A stretch of DNA of 20,000 nucleotides from an uncultured virus (IMG/VR IMGVR_UViG_3300028840_003545) (lineage: Duplodnaviria > Heunggongvirae > Uroviricota > Caudoviricetes): IMG/VR virus record IMGVR_UViG_3300028840_003545; one strand, 5' to 3'. The notes below the pieces were generated by a model that saw only the letters and a program-made list of their open reading frames with translations, had not been told where the DNA came from and ran no database searches. The position numbers were made by a program, and so were the translations under genes. Shown piece after piece: positions 16,230-20,000 of the stretch. How positions within the stretch are numbered: the first letter of the stretch is position 1; each line of letters starts with the position of its first letter.

Positions 16230-17095
16230 AATTCCTCGTCATCTTTAAATTCTTCATTTTCATTTTCCGTTGGATAGTCAACGCGAATTGCTTTTTTACC
16301 ATCTGGCGTGTCGTATATTTCAACTAGATCGTTTTCAACCAATTGATCTATAATATTTCTTCTTTCAGCAGCAGATTGCGGTATCTGATTACTAGACCAA
16401 CGCGTTACGAAGTAGTTGACTCCTACGTAACCAGAGCCAAACTTTTCTTGTGCTTTAGAAACCTCTTCTACGAAGTGCTCAAACATAGTTTGCTCATCTA
16501 CTTCTGGAATATCTTCTTCTATATTATTTGGTTGAGCTTTAGTATTGTAGTTAAAGAAGCTACTACCTCTATTGAGGTTAATGTGACAGAATGCTGCTTT
16601 ACGAATTTTGTTGGATAGTCCACTACCACCCCAACTAGCCACCGCTACCTGTTTAGCTAGTCTTTGAACACCTTCAATAGCAGGACAATAGTCGCTATCA
16701 CCACTAATCAGCACGCATCGATCAAATGCATTGATTGCTGCGTAAAACATCATATCAGCGACCATAGACGTATCAACCTCTTTCTCTTGTGTAAAGAAGT
16801 TGACTTGTCCACAGTCAGCACAGTCAAATTGTTGCTGTCTACGTGGGAATCGGCGAACGAAAAATCCGCTTTGAATCTCTAACATATCAAGGAAGCTATT
16901 TAGTTTTTCTTGTTGTTCTGTTTCAGAATTGGAGCCAACTTCAATTCCTGTATAATAGTATACAGCGAATAGTTCACTACCACCACACTGGTCTATAATC
17001 CACTTAGTCATCTTTTGAAAATCAAGCTTTTCACCGCCAGATTCTTTCCACCCAGCATAAAAATTCTTACCATCGATAAAGATTGCAATTTTCAT
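16226..17095 (-). CDS. NYN domain (LabA/DUF88, PIN-like) nuclease with CxxC insert and C-terminal helical domain
   Basis: IFIDGKN, EKEVD, LISGDSDY and C-terminal SNKIRKAA motifs; start ATG 17095 after TAAGGA. Confidence 0.9.
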   Translation of the reverse strand: MKIAIFIDGKNFYAGWKESGGEKLDFQKMTKWIIDQCGGSELFAVYYYTGIEVGSNSETEQQEKLNSFLDMLEIQSGFFVRRFPRRQQQFDCADCGQVNFFTQEKEVDTSMVADMMFYAAINAFDRCVLISGDSDYCPAIEGVQRLAKQVAVASWGGSGLSNKIRKAAFCHINLNRGSSFFNYNTKAQPNNIEEDIPEVDEQTMFEHFVEEVSKAQEKFGSGYVGVNYFVTRWSSNQIPQSAAERRNIIDQLVENDLVEIYDTPDGKKAIRVDYPTENENEEFKDDEEF

Positions 17096-17105
17096 TTTTT
17101 TGTCC

Positions 17106-17333
17106 TTAGTATTCGAGGTTATACGCAAAATCTACTACAGTATCGCCGTCTTCGTTTTCTGTAAAAAACGCAGTTAATTTGTTACCTTTATCTGAAGCTG
17201 TTTCTATTATATTTTTACCTGTTGCTTTTCTTGATTTACATATATCGAACAGCATTCTTTCGCTTATTCTTATATGGTCACCATTGATAACCAGATCCAT
17301 AGCTTCGTTAACTCTTTCTTCTTCTTTAGTCAT
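17106..17333 (-). CDS. Hypothetical protein
   Basis: 75-aa ORF in a tightly packed train. Confidence 0.7.
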   Translation of the reverse strand: MTKEEERVNEAMDLVINGDHIRISERMLFDICKSRKATGKNIIETASDKGNKLTAFFTENEDGDTVVDFAYNLEY

Positions 17334-17334
17334 T

Positions 17335-17841
17335 TTAACTCTTTGAACTAAATAGATTATTATCTACAATTCGTTTTTGAGGACCGTCCATAGCATCCTC
17401 TTTCATTTCATCTTTAGTTAGAAATCCATTATTCGTAAAAAATACAAGTTCATTAGCTGGTATAAGATGCTCTTTCTTAAACTTTTTTTCCAAACAAATA
17501 CGCTCATCTGGTGTTCGCCACCAAGAGCTATAACATACCCACCATGACCCTTCTCTTCTAATCACATACCACAGATGGGTAGGATCTTCTTTATCTAATA
17601 CTGCTCGACCTACCCAGATATGTCTAGATCCTTTGTATACCTTAAATGATATAACATTTCCTTTAGAAGCTCCGTCTACTTTTAGGCGCTTTTTCATAGC
17701 TCTTTTAGCACCTTCAGTAGAATCAGATTCTACTCCATATTCACCGTCACCAATCAACGCAAGTGGACCCCTTAATAGACGACAATACCATGTATTTTGA
17801 GATTCATCGCCCATTTGGAACACTTCAGCTAAAAGAATCAT
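17335..17841 (-). CDS. Hypothetical protein
   Basis: 168-aa ORF, abuts its neighbours. Confidence 0.72.
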   Translation of the reverse strand: MILLAEVFQMGDESQNTWYCRLLRGPLALIGDGEYGVESDSTEGAKRAMKKRLKVDGASKGNVISFKVYKGSRHIWVGRAVLDKEDPTHLWYVIRREGSWWVCYSSWWRTPDERICLEKKFKKEHLIPANELVFFTNNGFLTKDEMKEDAMDGPQKRIVDNNLFSSKS

Positions 17842-18048
17842 TTAGTATTCGTTTCCGCTATAATCCCAAACGGTTCCACATTGTAAGCATATTGTGTCAC
17901 CAATAGAATTTCGTTTAGTCTTTTTATGATTACACAATTGGTTCTTTGGAATTTCTAATACTTTACCTGGCTTCACTTTACCATAAATTACATCCAAGTC
18001 TCTTACACCCTGTTTAGTCATTTTAGTCATTTTTGACTCCTCTATCAC
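17842..18048 (-). CDS. Small putative zinc-ribbon protein
   Basis: CNH...CLQCG motif. Confidence 0.65.
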   Translation of the reverse strand: MIEESKMTKMTKQGVRDLDVIYGKVKPGKVLEIPKNQLCNHKKTKRNSIGDTICLQCGTVWDYSGNEY

Positions 18049-18632
18049 ATCACCATATCCATAAGAGCGACGTAAGCTGGTGATACGTGTTTTCTATGTT
18101 CTTTTAGTATGTTTCTGATTTCGGATTTAATTTCTGCAGATTCTGTAGTTTTCCACCATTTAGAAATGTTCAAAAACTTTATTAGAGCAAATAGTGATTC
18201 ATCGCTTTTCATAGAAGGTGGTTCATTGATATCAAGCTCATTAGTTTTACACAGTACATCTACAATTTCTTGTATCTCAGTTGGCCTATCTTCCTTATCC
18301 ATATAAAAGTCGATTTTATGTCCTATTAGGTAGATCGGTTTAAATTTAGGATCCGGAAGTCTACTATTGTAGTATTCAGCACGACTAACCACATCTTTAG
18401 TTAGGAATCTACCATCGGATTGCTTAACCTTTACTAGAGCTACTCCGACTAGAGTGTGAAATTTTGTATATTCTTTTTCTTCACCTTCTGGACCATCCAT
18501 TCTAGCTCTATACCCTCTGCGTTCCTTTTGTAATATCATAAGCATTTCATTTTCAGTACAAATGCAAGGTTTAGCACCTCTGAATGTGTATCTGGGAGCA
18601 ATTACAATAAAACGTTTACGTTGTCTAGCCAT
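18045..18632 (-). CDS. Hypothetical protein
   Basis: 195-aa ORF, AGGAG upstream. Confidence 0.75.
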   Translation of the reverse strand: MARQRKRFIVIAPRYTFRGAKPCICTENEMLMILQKERRGYRARMDGPEGEEKEYTKFHTLVGVALVKVKQSDGRFLTKDVVSRAEYYNSRLPDPKFKPIYLIGHKIDFYMDKEDRPTEIQEIVDVLCKTNELDINEPPSMKSDESLFALIKFLNISKWWKTTESAEIKSEIRNILKEHRKHVSPAYVALMDMVM

Positions 18633-18635
18633 TAT

Positions 18636-18908
18636 TTATACTTGCTCCTGGATGTTTTGCCAATCGTTCATATCGTAATCATGTTCAACAATATATGCTT
18701 CTTCTGATTCGTTAAGGTACACTTCTGCTCTTCTATTACTTAAAGGGAATATTCTATTTCCTTTTTCGTTTTCTAAGAAGAAGAATTTTTTATCAGCAAA
18801 TTCAACTACTAACAGATTACCGCGTTCTCTCCATGTGTCGGCAAACAGATTACGTTCTCTGTCTACAAAGTCTACTATAGCTTTACCAAGTTGTTTTATA
18901 ATTTTCAT
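18636..18908 (-). CDS. Hypothetical protein
   Basis: 90-aa ORF, AGGT SD. Confidence 0.72.
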   Translation of the reverse strand: MKIIKQLGKAIVDFVDRERNLFADTWRERGNLLVVEFADKKFFFLENEKGNRIFPLSNRRAEVYLNESEEAYIVEHDYDMNDWQNIQEQV

Positions 18909-18916
18909 AACAATAC

Positions 18917-19180
18917 CTAGTTAAAGATTTTATCGTAGTTATCTCTGTATTGTTGGTTGTTAACTATTGCTGGACCAGAACTGTATTCTTCTTTTACTTT
19001 ATATACATTATATTCACCTTCGATATGTTCCAACGACACAATGGTTTTACCATTTAATGGTTCTCCATCTTTAACTGTTTCAATTACTCCAGGCGTAATT
19101 TTACCATCTTTATCTCTAACTACAAGTCTTTTACCTTCAGCAATTTCAGGACCCACTGCGATTGTGTCTTTTTTATTCAT
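18917..19180 (-). CDS. Conserved hypothetical protein with GPAxV...YRDNYDKIF tail
   Basis: 87-aa ORF, GAGG SD; by recall it resembles an uncharacterised myxobacterial family. Confidence 0.72.
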   Translation of the reverse strand: MNKKDTIAVGPEIAEGKRLVVRDKDGKITPGVIETVKDGEPLNGKTIVSLEHIEGEYNVYKVKEEYSSGPAIVNNQQYRDNYDKIFN

Positions 19181-19550
19181 CTTTGGTATCCTCTTGCAGT
19201 TCGAACGGTTTGATAGTGGATAGCGTTTCCAAGTCCTTCGAAGTAAGTGGAACTATTATTCTAGACCATCCAGGTTTACCTAACTCACGATTGCGTTCAC
19301 TATCGCAGTTTTCTATATGTAGGAAGTATTTATCATCATCAAAGTCTGCCATAAAATTAAAGTTTTCATATGTACAGTGTGATTTATGTTTTATTGACTT
19401 AATGAATTCTACAAATTTGGAAAATTGATTTTCAGTCATTCCGAACGATATTTCCACAGAACCACATTGAATAAATAATATACTATCAAGTCCACCATGA
19501 TACCAAAATGTTGCTTTTTCTGTTTCGTAGAATCTCTTATTAGCTGTCAT
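19173..19550 (-). CDS. Hypothetical protein
   Basis: 125-aa ORF overlapping both neighbours. Confidence 0.7.
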   Translation of the reverse strand: MTANKRFYETEKATFWYHGGLDSILFIQCGSVEISFGMTENQFSKFVEFIKSIKHKSHCTYENFNFMADFDDDKYFLHIENCDSERNRELGKPGWSRIIVPLTSKDLETLSTIKPFELQEDTKDE

Positions 19551-19746
19551 AGGGTCGTCCTTTTCTCCATAGCTCCCAATGGGAGTCTTGTTTTACCTTT
19601 ACATATTTTGGTGAAGTCTGATTGTATATTGGAATAACAGACACAGTAAATCCAAAACAGAATTTAGAATTTGCAGATAAGGGGTAATACTTTACGCCAT
19701 TGTAAAGTACATAAAGCATACCCCAAGATGATAGTATCTTAGTCAT
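19540..19746 (-). CDS. Hypothetical protein
   Basis: 68-aa ORF, short overlaps with both neighbours. Confidence 0.62.
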   Translation of the reverse strand: MTKILSSWGMLYVLYNGVKYYPLSANSKFCFGFTVSVIPIYNQTSPKYVKVKQDSHWELWRKGRPYDS

Positions 19747-20000
19747 TTATCGTAGCTCAAACAAGGACAGTCTTTACTGTAAGCCTCTTCATATGCTTCG
19801 CAGCTAGTAGGATTGCAAGGATGTTGGTGAAATGGAACATTGTCATTGTTTAGAGTGTCAATGTGTGCTTCGAAGTTTTTGAGCATAGTAAGAAATGTTG
19901 TAACGTTTTCTTGACTGTCATGCTCCCACCATAACGATACAAGACAAGCGGTAAGATACATGCTGTTTTCTGCATAGATAGCAGTTATAACGTCGTTACG
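19743..20000 (-). CDS. Hypothetical protein, 5' end outside the window
   Basis: The frame stays open from 20000 (RNDVITAIYAENSMYLTAC...) to the stop at 19743. Confidence 0.6.
   Translation of the reverse strand, partial: RNDVITAIYAENSMYLTACLVSLWWEHDSQENVTTFLTMLKNFEAHIDTLNNDNVPFHQHPCNPTSCEAYEEAYSKDCPCLSYDK

Noticed and set aside
681..19428. All plus-strand ORFs in the track (e.g. 681-1025, 2476-2790, 3838-4116, 4505-4696, 12471-12887)
   Set aside because: Antisense shadows of coupled minus-strand genes or chance ORFs in regulatory DNA; Ser/Leu/Phe-rich, with no recognisable motifs.

Overview
AT-rich, gene-dense window with essentially all real genes on the minus strand and many ATGA/TAATG stop-start overlaps, typical of a large dsDNA bacteriophage genome. 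From the left it holds a replication module (DnaG-type primase running off the edge, SF2 helicase, acidic-tailed ssDNA-binding protein). Next is a GC-rich island (about 3045-4720) in which one winged-helix DNA-binding gene sits between two long, highly structured non-coding regions. These regions contain a palindromic operator inside a sigma70 promoter, a G4 motif, double terminators, and two identical sigma54-type -24/-12 boxes bracketed by two matching dyads. Further right are RadC/JAB, an SGNH hydrolase, a Zn-ribbon/OB-fold protein, a large SNF2/SMARCAL1-like helicase broken just before motif II, a truncated NADAR remnant missed by the ORF track, a Cys-rich lipoprotein with a 12-bp tandem repeat, a NYN nuclease and many small hypothetical genes. 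Several proteins look myxobacterial, which suggests (inference) a GC-rich deltaproteobacterial host. All family calls come from motif reading by eye; no searches were run.
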